Below are positions 20,635-31,529 of a stretch of DNA of 64,000 bases, piece by piece. The stretch lies in the IMG/VR virus record IMGVR_UViG_3300026488_000013, positions 32,001 through 96,000 of that record; one strand, given 5' to 3'. The notes below the pieces were generated by a model. It was given only the letters and a program-made list of their open reading frames with translations, was not told the DNA's origin and searched no databases. Both the position numbers and the translations under genes were made by a program. This DNA comes from a virus. The stretch's first letter is position 1. Each line of letters opens with the position of its first letter.

Positions 20635-21510
20635 TTAGAAATTTGTATAAATGTTAATTATTTGATTTAATTTTTCTAACCAAGGATGGCCGTTAGGTTC
20701 TTGAAGAGTATATCCACGTGCCGCAAGTTCGTAATAAGTAAATTCTGTATATGTAAAAAAGTTATATGAAATAGATACAATTTTTATGTCATTATTATTA
20801 GATAGTGGTTTAACAATATCATTAGGGTTCCTAACATTGGGAATTAAACCAACCATATAACCTAAATATTTCAATTCAAGTATTTGGTCAAATTTAAGGA
20901 TAAACGCTCCGCCAGCGTAATCGATAAATCCATATTTCCACGCAATTTCGTCGGGCATTATCTTTCCCATCTTAACATCTTCGATATAGTCCATCCAAAT
21001 TTTATGAAAAGTATATACCATTAATTCGTTTGTTTCATAATACTCAACAGTTGTAGCGTTAGATACACTAATTTCTTCTATTTTAGGTATCGAACCGTTT
21101 ATTAATTTATCTTCATCTACTTTGGCGGAAAACTGGGGAAGTTGGAAATTGGACACAACAAACGGCAGAGATTTGATTAACGTGAAAAAGAATTTTTGTT
21201 CCTCGTTTTCAGGGGTTTCGAATGGAACACCAAATAATTCTTTATATGGCGGTGCAGATAAATATGGAGGGATTAATATAAATAATGTTAAACCGCCCCA
21301 ATCAGGAGAGAAATATAATCTGTCGGAATAATAATTAAATAAAAATTTTTCAAAGGAATTCCTAAGCTCGTTTTGTGCGAATTTATCTTTCCTGTATTTT
21401 TCTAAATCGTATTTCGAGAATATATACCAAATATTATTAAAAAGTTCGCCTATGTAAGCGTTTCTAATTCTTTCTGTAATATTATCTAAAATAGAACTCA
21501 TTTTATACAA
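20635..21510 (-). CDS. Putative tail/baseplate structural protein (tail tube-like fold?)
   Basis: YYETNELMVYTFHKIW resembles YNELSGSPVFAFHQAW of the 45905 tube protein. Confidence 0.5.
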   Translation of the reverse strand: MYKMSSILDNITERIRNAYIGELFNNIWYIFSKYDLEKYRKDKFAQNELRNSFEKFLFNYYSDRLYFSPDWGGLTLFILIPPYLSAPPYKELFGVPFETPENEEQKFFFTLIKSLPFVVSNFQLPQFSAKVDEDKLINGSIPKIEEISVSNATTVEYYETNELMVYTFHKIWMDYIEDVKMGKIMPDEIAWKYGFIDYAGGAFILKFDQILELKYLGYMVGLIPNVRNPNDIVKPLSNNNDIKIVSISYNFFTYTEFTYYELAARGYTLQEPNGHPWLEKLNQIINIYTNF

Positions 21511-21556
21511 TTGTTATTTGTGATAAAATAAAAAGGAATGAAAAGGTAACTCAATA

Positions 21557-22852
21557 TTAATATTCTTCATTTTCAGCATGTTCGCAAATATATTTCTGGA
21601 TATAATATGCGATGACAAAATTTATAGCTCTCAAAATATTAATTTGAGAAACTTTAGACATGTTCTCAAAACGTGGTTCTATTATTTTAGCAATTTCGGT
21701 TAATACTTCTTTATAGTATTTAATATCTGGGTTATTTTTACTTCGAATTAAGCTATCGGCATAGATATAAAACTGCGGCGAACACACGATTTTTTTATTC
21801 TCCAATAGATTAAGTTTCCTTATCATTAAAGCTATAACATCCGATAAGTTAACTATAATATCGGGATTTTTCATTTCTAAGGGAATTTTATTAATGACAT
21901 CTTTGCGTATTTTCGTTTTAACATAAATTAGCCGGAATAGTTTTTCTGGGATTTCCGTTTCATCTGTTAACATTATGAAGTGTTTAATTTTGTCTGCAAG
22001 TTCAGAAATAATTGCATCTTGCGATTGCATTAATGAAAGGTTAATATCTTCATCCTCAGAGGGTGTTTGTTCTGATGACGAACATTCTTTATTTTCGTAT
22101 GCCTCATAGTATTTAACTGCCAATCCGCCACGCTTTCCTGACCACAAGAATATTTGGTCTATTCTATTCCAACTTTGTTTAAATAGAGCTTTCAATTTTT
22201 CAACATCCAATGTTTTATAAAATTCTAATGCATATTTAGAAAATAACGTCGGAACAAAATACATTGTTATAAGCTCTAAAGGATTATCATACTTTTTTAA
22301 GAGAGATTTCTCTGATAGTTTATTTTTAATAACACATTTCATTATTTGAGGATTACATTTGACAGTGAAATATCTTTTTAATCTCCCATTCCACAATTTT
22401 ACCAATATTAGAAATAATGGAATTTGAGCCATTTGGATATATAACTTTCTTTTTTGAGGGTCTTGCTCCTTTTTAGCAAGATATAAAAGGGCCGCAATTA
22501 CAGCTAAATTAAAAATATAATAAGGGTCGGAGTGCATTATGTTAGTAGCCTGTTTCTCACCTTTCTTTGTCTTTAACACTAAGTCAGGTTTTAAACCGAA
22601 TAACTTGGCACCTATAACGCTCAATTCGGCCGGGTCTTCTATCCCTATCTTTTTAGCTAATCTTAATACATAATCCAGCGGAGTTCGAAATGTTCCGCAA
22701 TATCCCTGTGTTTTTATTAGTCCAGATTGTGACCTCACCACTCCCAAAATATGTTTAAGTCTTGTAAAAAAATCGTCAGGATTTTTTTCTATATAATCTG
22801 CAATCTTATACACAAGGATTTTAAATTCTTCCGGAGCATTTTTAATTTCCAT
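21557..22852 (-). CDS. Hypothetical (probable virion) protein
   Basis: Long ORF with GAGGGG RBS in the structural region. Confidence 0.7.
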   Translation of the reverse strand: MEIKNAPEEFKILVYKIADYIEKNPDDFFTRLKHILGVVRSQSGLIKTQGYCGTFRTPLDYVLRLAKKIGIEDPAELSVIGAKLFGLKPDLVLKTKKGEKQATNIMHSDPYYIFNLAVIAALLYLAKKEQDPQKRKLYIQMAQIPLFLILVKLWNGRLKRYFTVKCNPQIMKCVIKNKLSEKSLLKKYDNPLELITMYFVPTLFSKYALEFYKTLDVEKLKALFKQSWNRIDQIFLWSGKRGGLAVKYYEAYENKECSSSEQTPSEDEDINLSLMQSQDAIISELADKIKHFIMLTDETEIPEKLFRLIYVKTKIRKDVINKIPLEMKNPDIIVNLSDVIALMIRKLNLLENKKIVCSPQFYIYADSLIRSKNNPDIKYYKEVLTEIAKIIEPRFENMSKVSQINILRAINFVIAYYIQKYICEHAENEEY

Positions 22853-22913
22853 AATTTACAACCCCCTCTAACGAGAGAAAAAAATAAAAGTTGAAACAGC
22901 CAAAATTCAATTT

Positions 22914-23648
22914 TTATTCTATACTATATTTATCCGTATATGAAAACAACTCTTGTGCAAATTCGTTTAAAGCACATATTGTTTCCAAAGCAACACTATC
23001 AACTTCTTCAATTTTAGTATCATTATTTTGTTCTTTATTAGATTTATTATTTTCTTTCTTTTTTCTCCTTTTATAAGCTTCCATTAATGAAATTATTTCG
23101 GGTGCTCCCAAAAATTGTTCCATCACAAATACCGTAAATACATCTGCTTTAATTTTGGATTTAAATCTATTTAAGTTATCAGCTTCAAAAATTTTCTCAA
23201 TATCTTCTCCTAATTCACTATATATTTTTTTTACTATTTCTGCTGCCTCTTCTAAATATTCTTTCACAATTTGCCTTTTTATATTTTCAAACATAAAATC
23301 ATCGCTGTGAGGATACAACTCTGATACTATTATTTTAAATACATTTATAGGCATTTGATTTTCAGCTATTGTCCTTTCATGTATTAAATTTGCCAAATAT
23401 GATAATGCATAATCTTTCTTATTATTTAAAGACTCTATTATTTGTTCGGGTATTTCTTCTATTATTTTTTTGCCTATCAATATATTCACTGCCTCATTTA
23501 AAATATCTGACAGAACATCTATAAATGCTTCATCAATAGGTTCTATTATATCATCAAAATTTTTGCTGGATAATTCCTCCTTATTCTCAAACAAGGGAGA
23601 ATTGAAAAAGTTGTAGAGTGTGGTTATTTGTCTCATTAGATAATTCAT
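22914..23648 (-). CDS. Acidic hypothetical protein, possible head protein
   Basis: GGAGG RBS; many LxE/IxE motifs. Confidence 0.7.
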   Translation of the reverse strand: MNYLMRQITTLYNFFNSPLFENKEELSSKNFDDIIEPIDEAFIDVLSDILNEAVNILIGKKIIEEIPEQIIESLNNKKDYALSYLANLIHERTIAENQMPINVFKIIVSELYPHSDDFMFENIKRQIVKEYLEEAAEIVKKIYSELGEDIEKIFEADNLNRFKSKIKADVFTVFVMEQFLGAPEIISLMEAYKRRKKKENNKSNKEQNNDTKIEEVDSVALETICALNEFAQELFSYTDKYSIE

Positions 23649-23686
23649 CCTTCATTAACCTCCCTTTTTCTTTTTTCTAATGTTAA

Positions 23687-26179
23687 TTATTTTTTAAATT
23701 GTTCAAATAGAGGAATTTTTAAAAATTCCTCTATTGTTTTAATTTTTGTTTTTTGTGCTTTATTCATGAAAGGCATAATATACAAAACACTACCATCGCT
23801 ATGATTGTATGTAATTATTGATGAAAACTTAAATATTCTATTTAAGACTGTAACAACATATTTTTTATTTTGCTGGGAGAAATCCAATTTTTTATCGGGC
23901 GGCGCTTCCTCAAAATCTTCTCCCAATATTTCTATAACTTTTTCACACTCGGGGTCAGATATGTTATCAGGTTTATTTTTACATTCTAAATATTTATCAA
24001 TAAGTATTTTGGTGTAAAAGGTATTTATGAAATTTAGAACCCTATCATCGAAAATAAGAACATAGTTTAGTTTAAGTTCTTTATTCATTTTCTCAAATAT
24101 TGAAGTAAAATCAATGTGTTCCTCAGCTTTTTCCTTATAATATTTGAACGCATCGGGGAAGTTCGTTATTATTAAGTAAAGCATCAAAACTCTATAAAGA
24201 TATAACGATAATAATAATAAAAACATAAATTCATATAACACTTTTACATTCTTAATAGATAATTCAATTATTTCTCTTATAGAATCTTTTATAGATGAAA
24301 TTAGAAAAGGTTCGGTTCTCAACAACCTCTTAATTCTTTCATCGGCCAATACTTCATTTATTAGCTGATTTGTTAATTTATTTCTTATTTCCCCATCTAC
24401 ATAATTTTGATAAAATTCTCTAACCTTCCTCTTATATTCCGAATAAATTTTTATAAAGACATTTCTGAGTGCAGAATCTATTAATTCTGTATTAAATTCT
24501 ATCGGTATGTTTTTATTGTTGGAAATTTTTCTATTTATCTCTTTGGTCACAGTTAAAAAAACTTCCTTAAAAACACCGTAGGGGTCTTTAACAGTTAACA
24601 TTTTATTATCTATTACTGAATTTATAGTATCTTTGAGTATGTCTGCAAGTACTGCACCAAATTCTTTGTCAGTTTGCTTTAGATAACTTAAACAATTCTC
24701 TATCAGCATATTTAGCAATGTATCACCATTATTTCTTCCCAAAAATATTTTTACCTCAGAATGCGACTTAAATAGATTTTTAAATACCCTTGATATATCA
24801 GCAAAAGAAATATTCGTTATGGGGTCAACAACATCCTTTTTCCAATCAGAATGGATAAAATTGCTTAACGAATTTCTACTATCGTATTCCTTAATTAATT
24901 CAAAGATTTGATACCTCAAATTTTCATACAATGCATCATCTATAGTAAATATCGAGCATAGTATTGTAGATAACAATGCGTTATACGAATTATCAAGTAG
25001 GTAAACAATTTTATTTATCATATCGGCCGGCGATAATCCTCCTGCAGTTGTCATAGGTAATATTAATCTTACAATTCTTTCAGCTATCAAATCTTTCTCC
25101 ATTTTTTTAACAATCAACATTACATTATCGATTAGATATTTTTTATCAATTTTCAAAAGTCTAAATATATCTTCATGTTCAGAATATAACTGTTCGGCCA
25201 ACCGCTGAACGATATATTCGATAACTTTGTTTCTTATTATACTTTCAATTTCCTCCTTACTTAAGGGTTTTTGGTTGGTATTTTTTAACATTCCGAGAGA
25301 TTGATGGATAAAGTCGCTCATAACTAATTTCAATTGATTAAGTGCGTTTTGGATTTTTTGGTCTAAAAGAACCGCATATTTAAATATTTCATTCTGTTCG
25401 TCTACAGTTACATATGCATATTGTTTATCTACCAGATACTTTGATATAAACTCCCTTAAATCATCATACGACGGTTTGTCTGTTTTCTTCATAAATTCCG
25501 CAAACTCATATACAAAACCCCTTTTAATAATATCTTCTATTTCGTTAAGAGATTTCACATCCATTATAGGTTTATCAATTAACAAAGCAATAAGAAGAAT
25601 TATTCCTAATGCATCATCATCTGCTTGGAACTTTTTGGTTCCCACAAATACCGGAAATAAAATTCCTTTATATAAATAAAACCCAGCTTCAATTTTATAT
25701 TGTTCGTAATATGGGTCTTTATTTACTATTTTTTCTACGGTTTTATATAATTTTTTTATAGTATCTTGTATTCCATTCAGTTCGTTATCCGATAATGTTA
25801 TTATAGGGATAGTTGTTGAAGAAAGAGCTATAGTTCTATAAAAAGAAATTAATCTATCTATCTTTTCATCGTCAATGTTATTTATTTTATTCTTTAATAC
25901 GTTTTCTATACCAGATATTACATTACTCTTAATTGTGTTAAATTTCTCTAAGTCTGCCAATAATTCATCAAATGTTTCATCAAAATTTTGCATGAATAGT
26001 TCTTTTATTAGTGATTTGGCAAAGAAGCGGCGAAGTTTTTCTTCTACCTCGCCATCATTCGCAATAGACTGTGAAATAAGTGCAGGATATATAAACACAA
26101 TATTTTTAAACACGCTCGACAATTTATTAATATCGGTAGTTAATAATTTCTCTACATTTCCGACCGACTTGACGCCCAT
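23687..26179 (-). CDS. Large helical hypothetical (virion?) protein
   Basis: 830 aa ORF. Confidence 0.75.
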   Translation of the reverse strand: MGVKSVGNVEKLLTTDINKLSSVFKNIVFIYPALISQSIANDGEVEEKLRRFFAKSLIKELFMQNFDETFDELLADLEKFNTIKSNVISGIENVLKNKINNIDDEKIDRLISFYRTIALSSTTIPIITLSDNELNGIQDTIKKLYKTVEKIVNKDPYYEQYKIEAGFYLYKGILFPVFVGTKKFQADDDALGIILLIALLIDKPIMDVKSLNEIEDIIKRGFVYEFAEFMKKTDKPSYDDLREFISKYLVDKQYAYVTVDEQNEIFKYAVLLDQKIQNALNQLKLVMSDFIHQSLGMLKNTNQKPLSKEEIESIIRNKVIEYIVQRLAEQLYSEHEDIFRLLKIDKKYLIDNVMLIVKKMEKDLIAERIVRLILPMTTAGGLSPADMINKIVYLLDNSYNALLSTILCSIFTIDDALYENLRYQIFELIKEYDSRNSLSNFIHSDWKKDVVDPITNISFADISRVFKNLFKSHSEVKIFLGRNNGDTLLNMLIENCLSYLKQTDKEFGAVLADILKDTINSVIDNKMLTVKDPYGVFKEVFLTVTKEINRKISNNKNIPIEFNTELIDSALRNVFIKIYSEYKRKVREFYQNYVDGEIRNKLTNQLINEVLADERIKRLLRTEPFLISSIKDSIREIIELSIKNVKVLYEFMFLLLLSLYLYRVLMLYLIITNFPDAFKYYKEKAEEHIDFTSIFEKMNKELKLNYVLIFDDRVLNFINTFYTKILIDKYLECKNKPDNISDPECEKVIEILGEDFEEAPPDKKLDFSQQNKKYVVTVLNRIFKFSSIITYNHSDGSVLYIMPFMNKAQKTKIKTIEEFLKIPLFEQFKK

Positions 26180-26196
26180 TTCTTAACCCCACTATT

Positions 26197-26397
26197 TTAA
26201 AACTTATTTCGTTTTAACTTATGCAATGGTATCATAAAGTCGCAATAAAAATGATTATCCAGATGATTGTTATTTACTGAATTAGGATTTGTATTATCGG
26301 CTATTTTCTTACCAAAATTTTGTTTTTTATTAATATCCGTATTAGACTCTAAATCGGAAGAAAGTGTAAAAATATCAAAATTTCGGATGCTACTCAT
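26197..26397 (-). CDS. Possible small hypothetical protein
   Basis: Fills the gap on the coding strand; weak RBS. Confidence 0.35.
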   Translation of the reverse strand: MSSIRNFDIFTLSSDLESNTDINKKQNFGKKIADNTNPNSVNNNHLDNHFYCDFMIPLHKLKRNKF

Positions 26398-26457
26398 ATT
26401 TGAAAATAACTCTTTAATTTTGCAAAATTAAAGAAGGGAAGGAAAATATTAAAGATT

Positions 26458-26703
26458 TTAAATCAAGTCATTTTTTCCTATTTTCATATGAATACCTCTT
26501 TCTTTCATTCTTTTGATAACCGCTTCTGCATACTTCATAAGTATTTTTCTTTTTAGTTCCTTAGCCTTTTCCATATACATTTTATATTGGTCATATAGAG
26601 GGTCGCCCTGCGATTTCGCCATTTTAATAGCTAGCGCCGATACCAAAGCTTTTTGTTTTACTTCGGGAGTAAGAGTTCTTTTGGTAGTATTGTCTATCGC
26701 CAT
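26458..26703 (-). CDS. Small basic protein
   Basis: AGGAGG RBS; AKSQGDPLY...ILMKY pattern recalls small jumbo-phage virion proteins. Confidence 0.75.
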   Translation of the reverse strand: MAIDNTTKRTLTPEVKQKALVSALAIKMAKSQGDPLYDQYKMYMEKAKELKRKILMKYAEAVIKRMKERGIHMKIGKNDLI

Positions 26704-26753
26704 AATTATTTAACCTCCTTCTTAATTAGTTATAAATTTGAAAATTTTTTAAA

Positions 26754-27767
26754 TTATTTAGATTTTTTGGAATTCCTTTTACTGTTTTCTTTATCTTTCT
26801 TTAATTTTTCCAATTTTTTATTGTAATCTGATACAATACCTAAAATTACATCTTTCAATTTTTCCCTATAGTCATATAAAACATCTTTTTCATCTTTATA
26901 CACATTTTCAACTAATATAATATAAAGCTTGACTAAATCACCGAAAGTTTTATAAAATTCGTTGCAATTACTGCTACTGGCTTTTGTAATAGTCACTATC
27001 GATATAACATCTGGATTAGTGGCAAGTTCTCCCAATTTATTTATGTCACTTATCAAACTCATAAATTCTTTATTATCTAATAAACATTTCAAATAAAAAT
27101 CTAAGTTTATTTTGATTGATTCGAGTAAATATCTAAGTAAACATTTTATAACTGCGGAATTCTTAATGGATTCAATATTATATGTAGATAATGGTATGTG
27201 AGACAAGAATTGATGTTTAATGGCGGCGGTTCCTAATTCGGTATCGATGTTGGATTTATTAATACCCATTATTGTGCCAAATACTAATTTCGTGATGCCT
27301 TTAAAATCCTTTTCTATAAACAGCAATCTACATTGTTTTGGGAGCATATCAAACGCTCTTTCGAAAGCGACGGTCAATTCGGTATTTTTGCGTATTCTAT
27401 TTGCAATATTATTAAGAATTACTACCAAATGTCTTTTTAATTCATTATATGCTTTTAAAACGAAAGGTAGTGTGGCAAGGATACTATAAAAAATGAGCCC
27501 CTCTTCTATTATTTCATTTTCTTCATTCAAATTTGCATTTACACCTAAATGTTTTTTTCCAAGATAGTTAATTAATTTCTCATGGTCGTAATTTTCATTT
27601 ACAATAACATTATATAAATCCGATTTTGTAAAGTTATCCTCTATATAAACTTTTAATAAAAAATTCTCTATTTGCTCTATAGATTCTAAATTTAAATAAG
27701 AAGAAAAATAATTCCGTAAAAAATCGTTAATTATCTCTTGATTCTTCGTATTATCTGTTATCATCAC
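26754..27767 (-). CDS. Hypothetical protein
   Basis: ORF overlapping the recombinase stop. Confidence 0.7.
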   Translation of the reverse strand: MMITDNTKNQEIINDFLRNYFSSYLNLESIEQIENFLLKVYIEDNFTKSDLYNVIVNENYDHEKLINYLGKKHLGVNANLNEENEIIEEGLIFYSILATLPFVLKAYNELKRHLVVILNNIANRIRKNTELTVAFERAFDMLPKQCRLLFIEKDFKGITKLVFGTIMGINKSNIDTELGTAAIKHQFLSHIPLSTYNIESIKNSAVIKCLLRYLLESIKINLDFYLKCLLDNKEFMSLISDINKLGELATNPDVISIVTITKASSSNCNEFYKTFGDLVKLYIILVENVYKDEKDVLYDYREKLKDVILGIVSDYNKKLEKLKKDKENSKRNSKKSK

Positions 27768-29136
27768 TATCTGGCTCCGCAGTTGAGTTTATTAATTCGT
27801 TATTTTCTGAGGATTTTACTATCCCTAGCTCTTTCATTTTGCTATAAAACTCAGAATTAGGATTGAGCCAGCTATCAATTCTTTCTTTTATCGATATTTC
27901 CAAAACCTTATCAAAATATTCTCTAAATTCTTCATCTTCTAGATATTTCTTATAAATATCAGCTTTACTTCTAAACGAATATTGAATGTCTGGTAGCTTG
28001 GGATGGAATATTTTATTTCCCTGAATGGGTAAAGGGGCGGATTCTTCATACAGTTTTCTTATTTGTGCAGGAACATCTGTTTTGTTCAACAATTTATTTT
28101 CATATGGCATTCTGTTTGATAGGAAATGATAGTGCGACCAGAAAGAATTTAACCCTGTTAGTTTATCAAATACAACTTCTATTGTTAATCCTGAAGCGGG
28201 GGTTAATTTAGATTTATCCAATGATATTTTCAATATCCAACCCATTATTCCCGGATATTTATGTATTATTTCTTCCCCTTTCTCCATAAACAACCACTGT
28301 CTGCCTTTGTGTTCTATAGCTTTTGCTGATGTAGCAGTTTTTAAATCTTTATGTTGGACTGTTGTTTTGGAAGATGCTCCCCTCGGGGAAATTTGAATAT
28401 TTGCTCTAACTTGGTCTAGCAGTATTAGTCCTGTGTTAGTTTGTTCACATTCATATACTATAGCTGATAGATACTCTTGAAGAGTATATGCTTTCACACC
28501 CTTTTGTTTTATCAACTCTTTGTTTTCCTTTAAATACATATACATTTCATCTGGAATGGATTCTGCTAAACTATCCCAAATTAACAACGCCGGGACGGGC
28601 TCTTTATTGTTTGCTTTTTCAGTTTCTGTTTTTCTTTTTAATATCTCTGAAATCACATCGTATATCTTAGACAATAACTTTATACCGGGCAAATAAATAA
28701 ACCTTTTCCTGTATTTCGGGTCGTTGATATTTATTCCGAACTGAGCCAATCTTTTAATAACCAAATAATCATTCAGGGATTTGTTAATGAGGGGCGGATT
28801 TTCCACATCTAAATATATTACGATTGCTTCTGGGTGTTCTTTCAGCAGTCTGGCGGCAACTTGCAGTGATATAGTAGATTTTCCTGTTTCGGGCGGTGAT
28901 GTTAATGCAGATACCATTCCGGTTACAAAACCACCCCCTAACAACGCATCCAATGTTCTAACACCTGTTGAAATATAAACAGGTTCATATGTATTAACCA
29001 TTTTTGAATAAATTTCACTATAAACAAAATCGTATAAAGAATCAGCTATAGCGTCCGTGTTAGATGTAACGTTATTTTTTTCTTCTTCAATAATTTTCTC
29101 TATATTTTCCTTAACTCTTTTCTTTTTTCTAGCCAT
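27751..29136 (-). CDS. uvsX: RecA/UvsX-family recombinase
   Basis: ISTGVRTLDALLGGG, Walker A PPETGKST, YLDVE, Walker B LLIWDSLA, DQVR. Confidence 0.88.
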   Translation of the reverse strand: MARKKKRVKENIEKIIEEEKNNVTSNTDAIADSLYDFVYSEIYSKMVNTYEPVYISTGVRTLDALLGGGFVTGMVSALTSPPETGKSTISLQVAARLLKEHPEAIVIYLDVENPPLINKSLNDYLVIKRLAQFGININDPKYRKRFIYLPGIKLLSKIYDVISEILKRKTETEKANNKEPVPALLIWDSLAESIPDEMYMYLKENKELIKQKGVKAYTLQEYLSAIVYECEQTNTGLILLDQVRANIQISPRGASSKTTVQHKDLKTATSAKAIEHKGRQWLFMEKGEEIIHKYPGIMGWILKISLDKSKLTPASGLTIEVVFDKLTGLNSFWSHYHFLSNRMPYENKLLNKTDVPAQIRKLYEESAPLPIQGNKIFHPKLPDIQYSFRSKADIYKKYLEDEEFREYFDKVLEISIKERIDSWLNPNSEFYSKMKELGIVKSSENNELINSTAEPDSDDNR

Positions 29137-29166
29137 TATAGTGGTATATAATTTCCATAGATGAAA

Positions 29167-29757
29167 TCAAATCGATTTCATTTCGTCCGGTAAATCAATA
29201 TCTTCTATTAGTTCATCATTTTTATCATACCCCTGGTTATCCATTATTAAAGAATCATCAGAATTTTTTTGTGCCTGATGTTGAATTGTGGAACCTTGAG
29301 CAGAAATTTTTAATATAAATTCGTTAAGAATATCTTTAATGGACGAATCGTCTTTTTCTTTACTCAATTCTTTATAGGTTTTTATCATTTGGTCTATATA
29401 TTTTATTTGGTAATTTGCTATCATCTCATAATATTTCTGCAAAATAGCTTCTATATCTGCTCGTGATTCATAAAGTTTTTTTACCAAATCTATCCTATTG
29501 GCTATATTTCTTCTTAAAACATTATACAATGAATGGTTCTTTTTTCTTTTTGCGTCTTCGGCAGCCAATCTCAGTTCATCTATTTCACTATTCAGCATTT
29601 CAATCTTCTCACTTATGTTGTTCAACTCTTTTACGGTATCTTTAATTCTATTGAACAATTCAATATCAAATAAACCATCTAAATTATTTTTAACTTCTTT
29701 GAGTGTATCTAAAATTTGCTCCGGAGTTAATTGAATTTTATTTTTTTCTTTACTCAT
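29167..29757 (-). CDS. Coiled-coil hypothetical protein
   Basis: Heptad-rich ORF. Confidence 0.75.
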   Translation of the reverse strand: MSKEKNKIQLTPEQILDTLKEVKNNLDGLFDIELFNRIKDTVKELNNISEKIEMLNSEIDELRLAAEDAKRKKNHSLYNVLRRNIANRIDLVKKLYESRADIEAILQKYYEMIANYQIKYIDQMIKTYKELSKEKDDSSIKDILNEFILKISAQGSTIQHQAQKNSDDSLIMDNQGYDKNDELIEDIDLPDEMKSI

Positions 29758-29793
29758 TTTCCCTAATTTCCCTTTTTGTTATTTCTCTATCTA

Positions 29794-30810
29794 TTACGAT
29801 TGAACTCTTAAAAGTGTATTAAATATTTTCCTGGTTTTAGGCGGAGTATAAATATATTCAAAATCGCCCTCAAATAAATCTGTGGTAAAATCTATTTCTG
29901 TAGATGGGTGAATGGTATTTAAGTCTTCAAGAAAATTTTCTTCCAATTTACTGGTAATTTTTTCATAATCCGCCGCTTTTCGAGCTTTAGTCTTCTTACT
30001 CATGACTATAACCGAATATATATATGTTTGTTTAAACCCCATACGAACAAATGTTACAAAATTTTGAACATAAATTATATCGATTGCAAATAATAAATTT
30101 GAAAAAAATTTATTAAGTGCTTCATTAACAATAATTTCCTCATTTACATTCAAAGATTTATTCGTCGCATTCAGGGCAATATTTATTGCTTTTTTCTCTT
30201 TGATATAATCAAACAGATTTTGATAAATAATTAGAAATATTTTTGAATATACTTTTTTAAATAAATTCGAATTCTCTACCAATAAATTAAAAATAGTGCC
30301 CCGTATTACATTTTTATTTTTACTGGAAATAAACCTTAATTTTTTAATTATCTTTTCGCTTAAATACTTATACGCAAAAATATATACTCTTTCTAAAACA
30401 TAATTGTCATTATAGTCTTTAACGATGCGTTTTTCTCTTTTTAAAAACTCCGAAATTTCGCTATCAATAATTTCTATTATTTTTTCATTTAAAAACTCTT
30501 TAATTGCATTTTCTATTATTATTTTAATTTTTTCCCTCAATATTTTTTTATTATTTTTTTTAGCAGAAATTTCCGAATAATACTCTAAAACCTTATTATA
30601 AATTTTTTCTGTTATTTCATACTTTTTATCAATTCTATCAATTATATCTTTAATTTTATCTTCCACCCATTTTGCCTTGAAATTAAAATACGTAATAGAT
30701 TTAATTTTTGATTTTTTATTATACATTTCTAACAATTTTTTATATTCTCTTTTTGCTTCCGAATATTTTTTCAAAATATCTTTATTACTAATTTCTAATT
30801 TCGCCACCAT
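29794..30810 (-). CDS. Basic helical hypothetical protein
   Basis: TACGGATAA motif at 30826-30834 upstream. Confidence 0.75.
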   Translation of the reverse strand: MVAKLEISNKDILKKYSEAKREYKKLLEMYNKKSKIKSITYFNFKAKWVEDKIKDIIDRIDKKYEITEKIYNKVLEYYSEISAKKNNKKILREKIKIIIENAIKEFLNEKIIEIIDSEISEFLKREKRIVKDYNDNYVLERVYIFAYKYLSEKIIKKLRFISSKNKNVIRGTIFNLLVENSNLFKKVYSKIFLIIYQNLFDYIKEKKAINIALNATNKSLNVNEEIIVNEALNKFFSNLLFAIDIIYVQNFVTFVRMGFKQTYIYSVIVMSKKTKARKAADYEKITSKLEENFLEDLNTIHPSTEIDFTTDLFEGDFEYIYTPPKTRKIFNTLLRVQS

Positions 30811-30854
30811 AATAAAAATATTAATTTATCCGTATCGCAATTTTAAAAAGTGTT

Positions 30855-31529
30855 TTAAATCTTATTTAACTGAAACCCATTAGTATTTAAAAATGATAAC
30901 TTTGAATATAGATGTTCTGGAACAAACAAAACATTAGATTTATTTATTCCTGCAGAATAATTCACCATTTTAATATAATTGTAGAATTCCTCAATCAAAT
31001 TAATAAGAATATTTCTTAAAGATTTATCAAAGATTTGGGTGTCATACCTACCTAATATAACAATATGAATTTTATTTCTTAATTTATCAATTGTAGATTT
31101 ATTGTTATCGTTTGGCGCTGGAATTATTGGTTGGATGGTAAAGGGGCGTGTTAAGAGGATAACCCACTGATTTTCTAAATACTCTATATACAAATGGAAA
31201 GGAAGATATTCATCATTTAACAAATACGAAAAATAATTTTTCTCGAACTCATTCACATATTGAGGGAACTCAAATTTGTAAGTGTCGTTTATTATCTTTT
31301 TTACAGGAAAAGTAAAATACGAATATGTGTCTGAGATAAATATTCCATCTGGAACAAATATACTATTTCTTTTTCTATTATTAAACAAATTTTCATTTAA
31401 TAATAATGAGAAAATATTGTCTGTATCTATAAACTCTATATCATCTTCAGTTATTATAATATTTTGGGAAGATTTTCTATTTCCGATGATACCAATTTTG
31501 TAAGGTTTATTGTTTTGGTTGTTATACAT
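30855..31529 (-). CDS. Amidase_2 (T7 lysozyme/PGRP)-like protein, probably degenerate
   Basis: PFHLYI...ILLTRP...IHIVILGRY follows the GYHF.I...GR...IGI.L.G pattern; first Zn-ligand His appears absent (GIFISDT). Confidence 0.45.
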   Translation of the reverse strand: MYNNQNNKPYKIGIIGNRKSSQNIIITEDDIEFIDTDNIFSLLLNENLFNNRKRNSIFVPDGIFISDTYSYFTFPVKKIINDTYKFEFPQYVNEFEKNYFSYLLNDEYLPFHLYIEYLENQWVILLTRPFTIQPIIPAPNDNNKSTIDKLRNKIHIVILGRYDTQIFDKSLRNILINLIEEFYNYIKMVNYSAGINKSNVLFVPEHLYSKLSFLNTNGFQLNKI

